Positions 28,103-37,246 of a DNA stretch of 64,000 nt are shown here, one piece after another; within the stretch, counting starts at the first letter, position 1, and every line of letters begins with the position of its first letter. The notes under the pieces are model-generated. The model did not search any database and was not told where the DNA came from. It saw only the letters and a list, made by a program, of their open reading frames with translations. The DNA lies in assembly GCA_963666985.2 (NCBI GenBank), contig CAXXIA010000002.1, positions 1,472,001 to 1,536,000 of the forward strand, given 5' to 3'. The DNA comes from Spirochaetia bacterium. Its GTDB lineage: Bacteria; Spirochaetota; Spirochaetia; DSM-2461. The position numbers were made by a program, and so were the translations under genes.

Positions 28103-29248
28103 CTAACCAAGTACGAACGCCCAATCCGCCTCCGCCCGCGCACTCCGGCCGGCCTTGTCGGTAAAAACCACGGCGCCCTCTTCAAAACGCGCCGATGCAA
28201 CCTTCTCGAAACCTTTGGGTATTCGGCAAACCCCTTGAATATTTCTCACTTCAAACGGCGCCTTGCCGTCGAGTTTCATGGCGGTTCGCAATCCCCGTCC
28301 GGTTAAAACATTATCAACTCCGGAAACACTGAGTCCCGAGGCCAAATGTCCCAAAACTTCCTCAATGCCCAAACAGCAGTTCCGTCCGCTCCATGGTGCG
28401 CCGTGGCGGCCTCTATTTTCCTGCCAGAGCACCGTCGAAGGCAGAACGTCGGGATTCTTCAGTGAATACCAAAGGTAGCCGTGCGAAGGAACGGCGGCGG
28501 TAAACCACAAAGGTTCTCCGGTCCGGGGAAGTTCGGGAAACACCTGAATAATATCGACAAATCCTTCCCTCGCGGGGAAAACCGAACAGTCGGTAATGGC
28601 CGGATTCTTCCAAATCGTCGGAACCTCGGAAAGATTGTCGAAGAAAGCCCCGGGAGGCATGGACGCATATTCCCCGGAAGACGGCGGAGGAGGCGCCGTA
28701 TCGGTAATGCCGGTAATCAGCTTCGGGCATGAGAGGTAATGCATCCTGTCCCCTCTCATGATGGCGTGGTGCCCCACGGTGGTTGATCCGGCGAACCCTT
28801 CGATTCGATTAGAAACATAAAGAGCCGACTGACCGGATCGCAAAGCGATGCGCTTGGTAACCCGTCCCGGACGAATCTTCGTTTCAAGCGATGTTTCCAG
28901 AAACGCCTCAGCGCCCGCCGATTCGGATCCGTCCGATGCATCCGTCAGCGTCCAATCCGCTTCGCTCACTTCTCCGTGTACGGGATGGTTTTCCGAGTTC
29001 CAGACATTGTTCCCGCCGAATGGCAGGCAAAAGATATCGCCCCTCAGCGGATTCAGAACACCCGGTCCGGGAACAAAATCGCCTTCTTCCTGCCAGGGAC
29101 TCACGTAGTACGGCTCAACCGGCATATCCGTATCGGCAAAAAACGTTACGGGAGCCATATGCCCGCCCTTCACCGTAAGGGCCAGTTCAATCTCTCCGTT
29201 GCCCAGTTTCCAGGCTTCACGGCCGACTGCATTCGCTGTTTTCATCAT
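28103..29248 (-). CDS. hypothetical protein, possibly galactose-mutarotase-like fold
   Basis: 381 aa with AAGGAG RBS; LRGDIFCLPFG, HPVHG, GHH, GIEE resemble aldose-epimerase-like proteins. Confidence 0.6.
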   Translation of the reverse strand: MMKTANAVGREAWKLGNGEIELALTVKGGHMAPVTFFADTDMPVEPYYVSPWQEEGDFVPGPGVLNPLRGDIFCLPFGGNNVWNSENHPVHGEVSEADWTLTDASDGSESAGAEAFLETSLETKIRPGRVTKRIALRSGQSALYVSNRIEGFAGSTTVGHHAIMRGDRMHYLSCPKLITGITDTAPPPPSSGEYASMPPGAFFDNLSEVPTIWKNPAITDCSVFPAREGFVDIIQVFPELPRTGEPLWFTAAVPSHGYLWYSLKNPDVLPSTVLWQENRGRHGAPWSGRNCCLGIEEVLGHLASGLSVSGVDNVLTGRGLRTAMKLDGKAPFEVRNIQGVCRIPKGFEKVASARFEEGAVVFTDKAGRSARAEADWAFVLG

Positions 29249-29511
29249 CGTCTCCTTCGGCCGGTTCGCGACGGGACACCCGCCGGTGTCGACGCACCTG
29301 CGACCGTGAATCGATTATACACCCCCATCACGCTTTTCGGAGTACGACAATCCCGCACGCTCATCGGAGTCCCCTTCTCCGCCCTATTTACTGCCGCCTC
29401 ATTCGCGTCCGCCAAATCCCGAAAGAACTCGCGCCGACATCACTGCGGCACGGTTGCACAGCCCGGCGGCGGGACTTCCGCGCAAAGCGTCCGCCCCTAT
29501 CTCCGCCGACA

Positions 29512-31038
29512 TCATGCACCGTTCCGCCGGGAGCGCACGTCAAGCCGGCCGACAAAACCGCCCGCTCCTTCGGGAACAATCCGCCACTCCGTTTCGGTCA
29601 GCGCCTCCAGAAACACCTTGTCGTGACTCACCAGAATCAGGGCTCCGGGGAAACCGCTCAGCGCCGTTTCCAGATGTCTCACCGAAAAAAGATCCATATG
29701 ATTCGTCGGCTCGTCCATAACAATCACTTCCGGAGAACGGGCCAAACCCAGAGCCAGAATCAGCTTGCGCGTCTCGCCGGGTGACGGAGACTCCGTACTC
29801 ATCAGGCGCACGGGATCGGAACCGAGCCGGTCCACGGCGGAGAACACCGCGCCCTTTTCCTCCCGGCTCAAGCCGCCGATCCTTTTCATCAAATCCCGGC
29901 CCGCATCCTCCGGCAGTTCCTGGGGAATCGACAAAATCTCCGCCGACATCGACCGCGAAGCTTCTAAAAGCAGTCCGATCAATCGGCTCTTCCCGGCGCC
30001 GTTGGGCCCTTCAACCGCGATTCGGTCTTCCGGCCCCACAATCAGATCCGGCCATTCCAACCCCCTGCCGCCGCCGAAATCCGTCCGCCCGGCCGGCAGT
30101 TCCGCGACACGATCCGACGACGAACGGCGCCCGGCGATAGTAATCCCGCCTTCCTGATTTCTCCGCAGGGAAGCGGAAGCGACACGTTCCCGCGCCGCCT
30201 CCACACGTCCGTCCATCCGAGTCTTCAAACGGCCCGCCTTTCCGTCCCGGCCGAGGATTCTCGCCGTATCAATCTTAAACCTCATATCGCTGTCTTTAGC
30301 ATCAAGCTTCTTCTTCGAGTTCTTTCCGGCATCCGCGGCAACCTTCTGCGCACGGCGGCGGGCTTCCTCTTCGAGCCGCTTTAATTCCCGTTTCGAAGCC
30401 TCGAACTCACGGAGGTTCCGAAGATCTTCCTTCCCGCGCTCCTCCAAACCCGCGGACACTCCGCCTGGCCGCAGGCGCACGGGTTTCTCATCGAGAAACA
30501 GAGTTCGGCCGCAGAGACAATCCAGAAGAGAGCGGTCGTGACTGACGATTAAACCGATACCCCGGTATTCCGAAAGCGCGCCGGAAAGAAGTTCGCGGGA
30601 CTGCGCATCCAGATGATTGGCCGGCTCGTCGGCCAGCAGCACATCGGGATCTTTCCACAGAGCTTCGGCAATCTGCGCCCGCTTCCGCTCGCCATGACTC
30701 AACGTATCCCATCGCCAGGGCCAATCGGATTCCAGATGAAGAAGAGAGGCCAGCCTGCCGGACGCGGCATCGGGGTAACACAGCAGATCCGCCAAACCGT
30801 CCGGAGGTTCATCGGTCCGCTGTTCGCAGAGCAGAACGGTTCCCGGAACATCGAGTCTTCCCGCGTAGGGATTCAGTTCTCCGGCAATAAGACGCAGCAG
30901 CGTGGACTTCCCGCACCCGTTCGGACCGACCAAACCGGTCCAGCCTGATTCCAGAGTCAAATTCAAATTTTCAAAAAGGGCGTATTCCTGAGACGGCCAA
31001 GTGTAATTGAAATCGGTGATTCGAAGAAAGAAAGACAT
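29512..31038 (-). CDS. ABC-F family ATPase (ribosome-binding, ARE-like)
   Basis: Two ABC domains (GPNGCGKS/LSHGE/DEPANHLD and GPNGAGKS/SPGE/DEPTNHMD), charged helical linker, no TM segments. Confidence 0.88.
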   Translation of the reverse strand: MSFFLRITDFNYTWPSQEYALFENLNLTLESGWTGLVGPNGCGKSTLLRLIAGELNPYAGRLDVPGTVLLCEQRTDEPPDGLADLLCYPDAASGRLASLLHLESDWPWRWDTLSHGERKRAQIAEALWKDPDVLLADEPANHLDAQSRELLSGALSEYRGIGLIVSHDRSLLDCLCGRTLFLDEKPVRLRPGGVSAGLEERGKEDLRNLREFEASKRELKRLEEEARRRAQKVAADAGKNSKKKLDAKDSDMRFKIDTARILGRDGKAGRLKTRMDGRVEAARERVASASLRRNQEGGITIAGRRSSSDRVAELPAGRTDFGGGRGLEWPDLIVGPEDRIAVEGPNGAGKSRLIGLLLEASRSMSAEILSIPQELPEDAGRDLMKRIGGLSREEKGAVFSAVDRLGSDPVRLMSTESPSPGETRKLILALGLARSPEVIVMDEPTNHMDLFSVRHLETALSGFPGALILVSHDKVFLEALTETEWRIVPEGAGGFVGRLDVRSRRNGA

Positions 31039-31127
31039 ATCGGAGCTCCTGCCTGAAGATGGCGCGGCCGGCCCGAACGGGCCGTGATCGGAGCACAGAC
31101 ACCGCGCATTCCCGCGTCAAACCACAT

Positions 31128-31187
31128 TCAAAACCGCACCACGGTACTGTGAATAACGGCCCGAAAAGATTCGGCGCGAAGGCTCAT
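31128..31187 (-). CDS. putative leader peptide MSLRAESFRAVIHSTVVRF of the ABC-F gene
   Basis: 19-codon uORF with GGGAGA RBS 6 nt upstream, between the promoter and the ABC-F start. Confidence 0.55.
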   Translation of the reverse strand: MSLRAESFRAVIHSTVVRF

Positions 31188-31240
31188 GGTCTGTCTCCCG
31201 ATCAGCTGTCGATCACCGGCAAAGCTCCTGTTGGAAGGCC

Positions 31241-31269
31241 ATGCTAATTGAAGAAAAAGCCGAAGTCAA
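31241..31269 (-). promoter_or_regulatory. sigma-70 promoter of the ABC-F leader
   Basis: TTGACT (31269-31264), 17 nt, TAGCAT (31246-31241). Confidence 0.65.
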
Positions 31270-31554
31270 GAAAAGAAGCCGAAGAACAGCTATTCTCATT
31301 TTAGAAAAAGCGTCGGGGATAATACCTGCGGTATTTCCCTTGCCTTGGTTCGGCCATACCCGAGTAAACTTGGTCGCGGCTCTCACCTGCGTCGGGGATA
31401 GGAGGGGCGCGAAGCGGTCTAACAGGCTGTTGAAAAAGTAAGATTTGGTTCGAAGATAGCGAGCGAGACTCGCAGCTCGCTGCCGAATCAAGCACAGAAA
31501 GCGCAGCGTATGGCTGTACGTGAGCATTTCGAGCATTGATTCAACGCCGTATAC

Positions 31555-33277
31555 GGGGCTGTCTCATAAGAGGCGGCCCTTTTTCATGTCTGGAAGAATT
31601 CCCTTCTGAATTCAAGGGTGGTAGAATTCTTCATGGACACTAAAAAGAAGGCTACATTCAAAGATTACGAAATCAGCCAACAGATGCTCCTGCCTCCAAG
31701 TCTCGATGAACTGCTTCCCGCAAACCATATATCCCGCACAATCAACAACTTCATCGACACGATGGATACCAGTGAGCTCTTCAACGCCTATCCGGGAGGC
31801 GGTGCCAGCAGCTACCACCCGGTGATGATGCTGAAGGTTCTGGTGTTGGCCTACTCGAAACAGCTGTATTCCTGTCGTCAAATCGCAGACGCTCTTCGTG
31901 AGCAGATATGCTTCATGTGGATCAGTGGTAATAACCGTCCTGATTTCCACACGATAAACAGATTTCGTAACGGTCCATTGAAGAAGAGCATCGAGAAAAT
32001 CTTTGCCTCAATGGCCAACAGCCTCATCGAGAGCGGACATGTCCAGATGGAGAACTACTTTCTCGACGGCACAAAAATCGAATCAGCAGCTAACAAATAC
32101 ACATGGGTATGGGGCCGGGCGACAGACAAGTTCCAGAAGCGCCTGGCCGGCAATATGGATGAGCTTTTCGAATACATCGACCGCATCAATGAAGAAGAGG
32201 ATGAGAAGTACGGCGACCATGACCTTCCCCATGTGGATCCTCAAGGCAGGCCGATGTCGGAGATTCTCGAAGATGCGGTATCCAAGCTCAATGAAGAGCT
32301 GCGCAAGGATCGGGAGGAGCGAGAAAAGAAGGAGATTCAACGGAGATTGAATACCGCTAGCAAGGACTATCTCCCTCGTGCCAAAAAGTATGAGCAGCAG
32401 AAGAGAATCCTCGGCGACCGAAATAGTTACTCGAAAACAGACTATGATGCGACTTTCATGCGGATGAAAGAAGACTATATGAAAAATGGTCAGCTCAAGC
32501 CCGGGTACAACATCCAAATGGGTACTGAGAACCAGTTCATCCTCGGATATAGCATCCACCAGAGTCCCGGTGACTCCCTGACATTGCCGCTACATATGGA
32601 GAAACTGAAAAAGAATCTGAAACGCTATCCGAAAAGAATCATTGCTGATTCAGGATATGGTAGTGAAGAGAACTACCAGTGGTGTGAGGATCATGGTGTC
32701 GAGAAGTACATCAAGTTCAGCTACTTCCACAGGGAGCGGAAACGGAAGTTCAAGAAGCAGATTCATATGAAAGAGAACTGGGACTATCGTGCCTCTGATG
32801 ATACATACCGGTGCCCCAAGGGTCGCCGATTCAAACACGAGGAGACCAGAATCTCGAAAACAGGTTCAGGATTTCCGACCACTGAAAAAAGGTATACAGG
32901 CCCTGGATGCCAAAGGTGTTCTCTCCGAATCCGGTGCTGCAAATACGGAGGCAAAGAGCGCATCCTGACGGTTCGTCCAAACCTGGAACGGCATAAGTCT
33001 GAAGTGCGCAAGTTGCTGACTTCAGAGGAAGGACTGAGAATGCGCTCTCTCAGGCCGATTGAAGTCGAATCTGTATTCGGAGATATCAAGACGAATATGG
33101 GATTTCGGAGATTCCGAACCAGGGGATTGAAGATGGTCAGTACTGAATGGGGACTGTTGAGTATGGCTCATAACATGAGGAAGCTACAGAAACGATAAGG
33201 GGATGGGAGGGAACCTCCCGTCTTCGGAGGTCAACCAAATTTTAAAAGGGGCTGTCTCAAACTAATGAGACAGCCCC
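31555..33277 (+). mobile_element. IS1182 family insertion sequence
   Basis: Terminal IRs GGGGCTGTCTCATAAG / CTAATGAGACAGCCCC (15/16) around a single transposase ORF. Confidence 0.85.
31633..33198 (+). CDS. IS1182 family transposase
   Basis: YHPVMMLK, PDFHTINRFR, DGTKIESAAN, SKTDYDATFMRMK, ADSGYGSEEN, VESVFGDIK, AHNMRK; intact frame. Confidence 0.93.
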   Translation: MDTKKKATFKDYEISQQMLLPPSLDELLPANHISRTINNFIDTMDTSELFNAYPGGGASSYHPVMMLKVLVLAYSKQLYSCRQIADALREQICFMWISGNNRPDFHTINRFRNGPLKKSIEKIFASMANSLIESGHVQMENYFLDGTKIESAANKYTWVWGRATDKFQKRLAGNMDELFEYIDRINEEEDEKYGDHDLPHVDPQGRPMSEILEDAVSKLNEELRKDREEREKKEIQRRLNTASKDYLPRAKKYEQQKRILGDRNSYSKTDYDATFMRMKEDYMKNGQLKPGYNIQMGTENQFILGYSIHQSPGDSLTLPLHMEKLKKNLKRYPKRIIADSGYGSEENYQWCEDHGVEKYIKFSYFHRERKRKFKKQIHMKENWDYRASDDTYRCPKGRRFKHEETRISKTGSGFPTTEKRYTGPGCQRCSLRIRCCKYGGKERILTVRPNLERHKSEVRKLLTSEEGLRMRSLRPIEVESVFGDIKTNMGFRRFRTRGLKMVSTEWGLLSMAHNMRKLQKR

Positions 33278-33282
33278 TTTTT
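33244..33282 (+). terminator. hairpin/terminator at the IS right end
   Basis: AAAAGGGGCTGTCTCA-AACTAA-TGAGACAGCCCCTTTTT; an internal IR copy pairs with the right IR. Confidence 0.7.
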
Positions 33283-33710
33283 CAACAGCCTGCTCAACGG
33301 ACAAAAGCCCGTTGAGACGATACCCCCGGATAGCCCGGCCCGGATGCATTGTGCGAGATATAGGGTCGTACCGCAGCAAAGCGAGGAACGTAAACAGCCG
33401 TGCACCGCAACGAAGTAAGTAGCATGGCGAATCCCCGTCACAGGAAACCGCAGGTTTCCGGCCGGCACCCGGCCGGAGGCCGGGGAGACGCCCAAGATGA
33501 GAATTGCCGGCCGAAGAAACCGTGAACATCGCGGCCGGCGGTGTTCATAAACGGAATCCGAAAAAAACCGATGAAACACGCATCCCAAATCGCTCGGCGG
33601 ATTATCATACGCGAATCCGGACCCACCGAGACTCCGAAGAAATAATCTCCACCCCCTTTCCGCCGGAGAAAAAATCCCGGATTATATACACGCTGAAAAG
33701 GGAGGCTTCC

Positions 33711-35042
33711 ATGAACCATACGTTCCGCGTGAACGCCGCCGGCTGTTCTCTTGTGGACAATCTCTACGGCCGAGTGTCTTTTGATTCCGACATCTATAAA
33801 AACTTAAGCAGCCGAAAAATCGGCGACGGAGGACTCCCTACGGGAGGTCTCACCTTTGCCGAAGCGCTCACCTCTTTCGCGGGAAAAACAAAAGAAGACT
33901 ACCCGGAACTCCTGAGCGCACTCTCGGGCGGAATCGGACCGGATAACTCCAACATCGGCGGTCCGGGCATCGTACCCATAATTCACGCCGCTCAAGTTCA
34001 CAGAAACCCGAACATCAAATACAGATTCTCCGGTGTTCTGGGCCGCGATGAAAACGGACGCCGCATTACCTCTCTTATGGAAAAAGCCGGATTTCCCATG
34101 GACGATTATTTTGTCTCGGATTTGGCCACACCGTGCACCGACGTTCTGTCCGATCCCACATTTGACGGAGGACGGGGAGAGAGAACCTTCATCAATACCA
34201 TCGGCGCCGCCGCCGCTTTTTCCCCCGAGTTCCTGCCTTCCGATTTCTTCGACGCCGAGGTTCTTCTTTTCGGCGCCACGGCTCTGGTTCCCCCGCTGCA
34301 TGACGCTCTCGATACGCTCTGCCGCCGCGGCCGCGAGGCCGGAGCCTTCGTAATGGTGAGCACCGTATTCGACTTTCGAAACGAAGCGCAGATGAAAGGA
34401 CGGCCCTGGCCCTTTGTGAACGATTACGGCAACATCGATCTTTTGGCCATGGACCGGGAAGAATCCCTGAAGATCTCCGGTCGAAGCTCGCCGGATGAAG
34501 CCGCCCTCTGGTTCCTGGAACAAGGCTGCGGCGCCGTCGTCATTACACAAGGTGCCGACAATGTACTCTTAAGGGCCGGTAAAAACGGCCCCTTCGCCGA
34601 AACGGCCCGAACTTCCATGCCCACCTGCCGCTATGCCGACGAAGTGGTCGCCTCACTCGATCATCCGCGCGACACCACCGGCTGCGGCGATAATTTCGTC
34701 GGCGGCCTCATCGATTCGGTGGCCCATCAGCTGGCCGGTGAGGGCGCCGCGGCCGAAACAGCCGACGGAACCTTGGGGAACGCGGCGAAAACCGACGACG
34801 ACGCCGAATCGTCCGCCTCCCGGCCGGCCTCATCTCCCGCCGGGAAAAAATCCTCCGAAACGGGCCGCCGCTTCCCGCTTCTCAACCTGGAAGAAGCCGT
34901 TATCTCCGGTACCGCGGCAGGCTCCTTCGCCCTGACCTGCCTCGGCGGCGTTTATTACGAAAAAAAACCGGGCGAGAAACTCGCCTCCATGAAGCCCTAT
35001 CTTGAAGCCTACAGGCAGGAACTTAAGGAGATGAGCGAGTGA
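33711..35042 (+). CDS. PfkB family carbohydrate kinase
   Basis: GERTF, VVITQG, DTTGCGDNFVGG; GGAGG RBS before ATG 33711. Confidence 0.85.
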   Translation: MNHTFRVNAAGCSLVDNLYGRVSFDSDIYKNLSSRKIGDGGLPTGGLTFAEALTSFAGKTKEDYPELLSALSGGIGPDNSNIGGPGIVPIIHAAQVHRNPNIKYRFSGVLGRDENGRRITSLMEKAGFPMDDYFVSDLATPCTDVLSDPTFDGGRGERTFINTIGAAAAFSPEFLPSDFFDAEVLLFGATALVPPLHDALDTLCRRGREAGAFVMVSTVFDFRNEAQMKGRPWPFVNDYGNIDLLAMDREESLKISGRSSPDEAALWFLEQGCGAVVITQGADNVLLRAGKNGPFAETARTSMPTCRYADEVVASLDHPRDTTGCGDNFVGGLIDSVAHQLAGEGAAAETADGTLGNAAKTDDDAESSASRPASSPAGKKSSETGRRFPLLNLEEAVISGTAAGSFALTCLGGVYYEKKPGEKLASMKPYLEAYRQELKEMSE

Positions 35043-36385
35043 ATACGGAAAACGACAAAACCGAAGCCTCCGGCCAATCCTCCGCCGATGATAAAACCCG
35101 CGCGGAGAACTCCGCCGCCGCACAGTCGGGCCCTTCCGCCGCCCCGCTCTCCGCAACAGACGCACAAAAAGCTTCCAACCCCATGCAAGACATCGGCACT
35201 GCCGCGTATCCTTCCCCCAAACCCCGCATCGTCATCTTCGGCGCCGGAAACATCGGCCGCTCCTTCATCGCCCCGGTTTTCACGCGGGGCGGTTATGAAG
35301 CCGTTTTCGCCGACGTGGCGCCGGCGGTCCTGGCGGCCCTCAAGGAACGCTCCCGGTACGATTTGGTGGAAAAATCGGAAACCGGTGAAAAACACTCTTC
35401 AATCGGACCGGCCCGAGGCGTGGACTCCCGCGACTTCGCGGCCGTAAAAGAAGAACTGGACGGCGCGGACATCTGCGCCACCTGCGTCGGAGCCGGAGCT
35501 CTGCCCATTGTTCTGAAAACCATCGCCCGCGCCGCCAAAGACAGAAAGCGGCCGCTCGACATCATCCTGGCCGAAAACCTCAAAGGCGCCGGTGATTTGG
35601 CCCGAAACGCCTTCACCGAAGCCGGAATCCCCGAAAACGAAGCGAAATGCCGCCTGGGCATCGTGGAAACCAGCATCGGGAAAATGGTTCCCATCATGCC
35701 GCCGGAAGTCGCCGCGGCCGATCCTCTCCTCAGCTGGGCCGAACCCTTCAACACCCTCATCGTGGACCGCGACGGATTCACCGGCCCGGTACCCGAAATC
35801 GACGATCTCATGGCCGTCTCGCCCATCGCTCCCTGGGTGGCCCGAAAGCTCTACATTCACAACTTCGGCCACGCGGCCGCGGCCTACATCGGATACGGCA
35901 AGCATCCCGAAGCCGTTTATCTTTGGGAACTTTTGAACGACCCCGACATCGCGTCCACAACAGGCAGGGCCATGCGCGCTTCCGGCGAGGCCCTCCGCCT
36001 GGAGTATCCGGGGGTTTTTACGGCGGACGATATCGAATCCCATATCGAAGATCTGCTTTACCGGTTCCGCAACCGCGCCCTGGGCGATACGGTCTTCCGG
36101 GTGGGCCGCGATTTGGCCCGAAAACTCCACCGCCGCGACCGCGTCGTCGGCGCCCTGGCGCTCATCGTCAAACACGGTCTGGACGCCGCACCCGCTCTGG
36201 AAGCTTTCCGCCGCGCCCTCGGCTTCCGCCCGAACGGCCCCGACGGCCGGCCCGATGCCAAGGACGCCGAAGTCCTCGCGGCGGCCCGCAATCCGGAAGC
36301 CTTTATTACCGATATTGTGGGATTGAAACCGGGAAGCGAACCGGCCCTCCGCGCCCTGCTGCTGAAAGCCGCCGCGAACGAATAG
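35039..36385 (+). CDS. mannitol-1-phosphate 5-dehydrogenase-like (polyol dehydrogenase family)
   Basis: FGAGNIGRSFI, LAEN, RKLYIHNFGH, RFRNRALGDTVFRVGRD..RKL; GTGA overlap with pfkB. Confidence 0.82.
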   Translation: MNTENDKTEASGQSSADDKTRAENSAAAQSGPSAAPLSATDAQKASNPMQDIGTAAYPSPKPRIVIFGAGNIGRSFIAPVFTRGGYEAVFADVAPAVLAALKERSRYDLVEKSETGEKHSSIGPARGVDSRDFAAVKEELDGADICATCVGAGALPIVLKTIARAAKDRKRPLDIILAENLKGAGDLARNAFTEAGIPENEAKCRLGIVETSIGKMVPIMPPEVAAADPLLSWAEPFNTLIVDRDGFTGPVPEIDDLMAVSPIAPWVARKLYIHNFGHAAAAYIGYGKHPEAVYLWELLNDPDIASTTGRAMRASGEALRLEYPGVFTADDIESHIEDLLYRFRNRALGDTVFRVGRDLARKLHRRDRVVGALALIVKHGLDAAPALEAFRRALGFRPNGPDGRPDAKDAEVLAAARNPEAFITDIVGLKPGSEPALRALLLKAAANE

Positions 36386-36463
36386 CGGCCCGAATCGGGC
36401 CGGCGGCTGCGGCAAGCCCTAAGTCACCGGCCCTCCGGCGCGTTCTTATCCGAGGATTGCGCT

Positions 36464-36880
36464 CTACCGCCCGGCCCGCTCCCGCAGCATCCGGTAAACC
36501 GCTTCATTGTCCATGTCGCCGGTTATCAAGTCCTCGGTACGGCAAAAAATCCGATCAACCAATTGTCCGCAGGTGCATTCCACCTCATAGCGCTCAAACA
36601 CCTCCATCGCCAAACGGCTGACGATTTCTATAAAGCAGCGTTTGAATCCCATTCTCGTAATCAGAACGGCCGCGGCTCGGCCCGCGATTTTATCCTGTAA
36701 AAGAATGTCGCCGGCCGCCGGGGATTCGTTCAAAAGAAAATCTTCCGCATTGAACAGAGGATGAAGCCATTTCCCCGAATCTTCATGGATTATTAAGCCG
36801 TCGGCATTCCAAAGACGCAGAGAAACTCCCTCAGGAAGAGGCGGCGGAGTGAAATTCGAAAAAGATTCAGCGTAATCCAT
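36464..36880 (-). CDS. DUF1893 (TM1506-like) protein
   Basis: GKWLHPLF, DKIAGRAAA, C.TE motifs. Confidence 0.7.
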   Translation of the reverse strand: MDYAESFSNFTPPPLPEGVSLRLWNADGLIIHEDSGKWLHPLFNAEDFLLNESPAAGDILLQDKIAGRAAAVLITRMGFKRCFIEIVSRLAMEVFERYEVECTCGQLVDRIFCRTEDLITGDMDNEAVYRMLRERAGR

Positions 36881-36964
36881 TAAACCTGCCCAGCAGACAT
36901 CAAGCGGTTCGGCCGCTCAACTGAAGACAATCGGCTTCGGAGACTTTCTTTACCGATTCCCTGT

Positions 36965-37246
36965 TCAGCGCCGGCGCGGCTTGAATATCGGATCGATATA
37001 ATTCTCCAAGTTCCACTTTTTCACGGCCCATTTGATGATTTTCGAATAGAGAAAAAAAGTTCCGGCAATGGAACCGAAGAGGATAACGATAATGGCCAGC
37101 CAGGAAAGCGCCATCGAAACATCCTCGATGTTCTTGAACACCAGGGAAAATCCCAAAAGCAGAACGGTCGCCAGTACGGCCAGAATCAGCAAATTCAGAA
37201 CGGTCGCCGCCAGAAGGAAAATAACGGTATTGGCTTTTTTATTCAT
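36965..37246 (-). CDS. small two-TM membrane protein coupled to lspA
   Basis: MNKKANTVIFLLAATVLN...YIDPIF; ATGA overlap with the lspA stop. Confidence 0.75.
   Translation of the reverse strand: MNKKANTVIFLLAATVLNLLILAVLATVLLLGFSLVFKNIEDVSMALSWLAIIVILFGSIAGTFFLYSKIIKWAVKKWNLENYIDPIFKPRRR

Larger units (their letters stand above)
31423..33292. mobile_element. MITE-like element (~150 bp) interrupted by IS1182, or the outer ends of a composite element
   Basis: Perfect 16-bp inverted repeats CAGGCTGTTGAAAAAG (31423-31438) and CTTTTTCAACAGCCTG (33277-33292); flanks CTAA / CTCA. Confidence 0.65.

Noticed and set aside
31301..31357. uORF MAEPRQGKYRRYYPRRFF as the ABC-F leader peptide
   Set aside because: It lies upstream of the predicted promoter and has no RBS; the 31187 uORF fits better
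12386..33330. 13-bp match CGATACCCCCGGA at 12386 and 33318
   Set aside because: Matches of this length are expected by chance in 64 kb, and the flanks do not align
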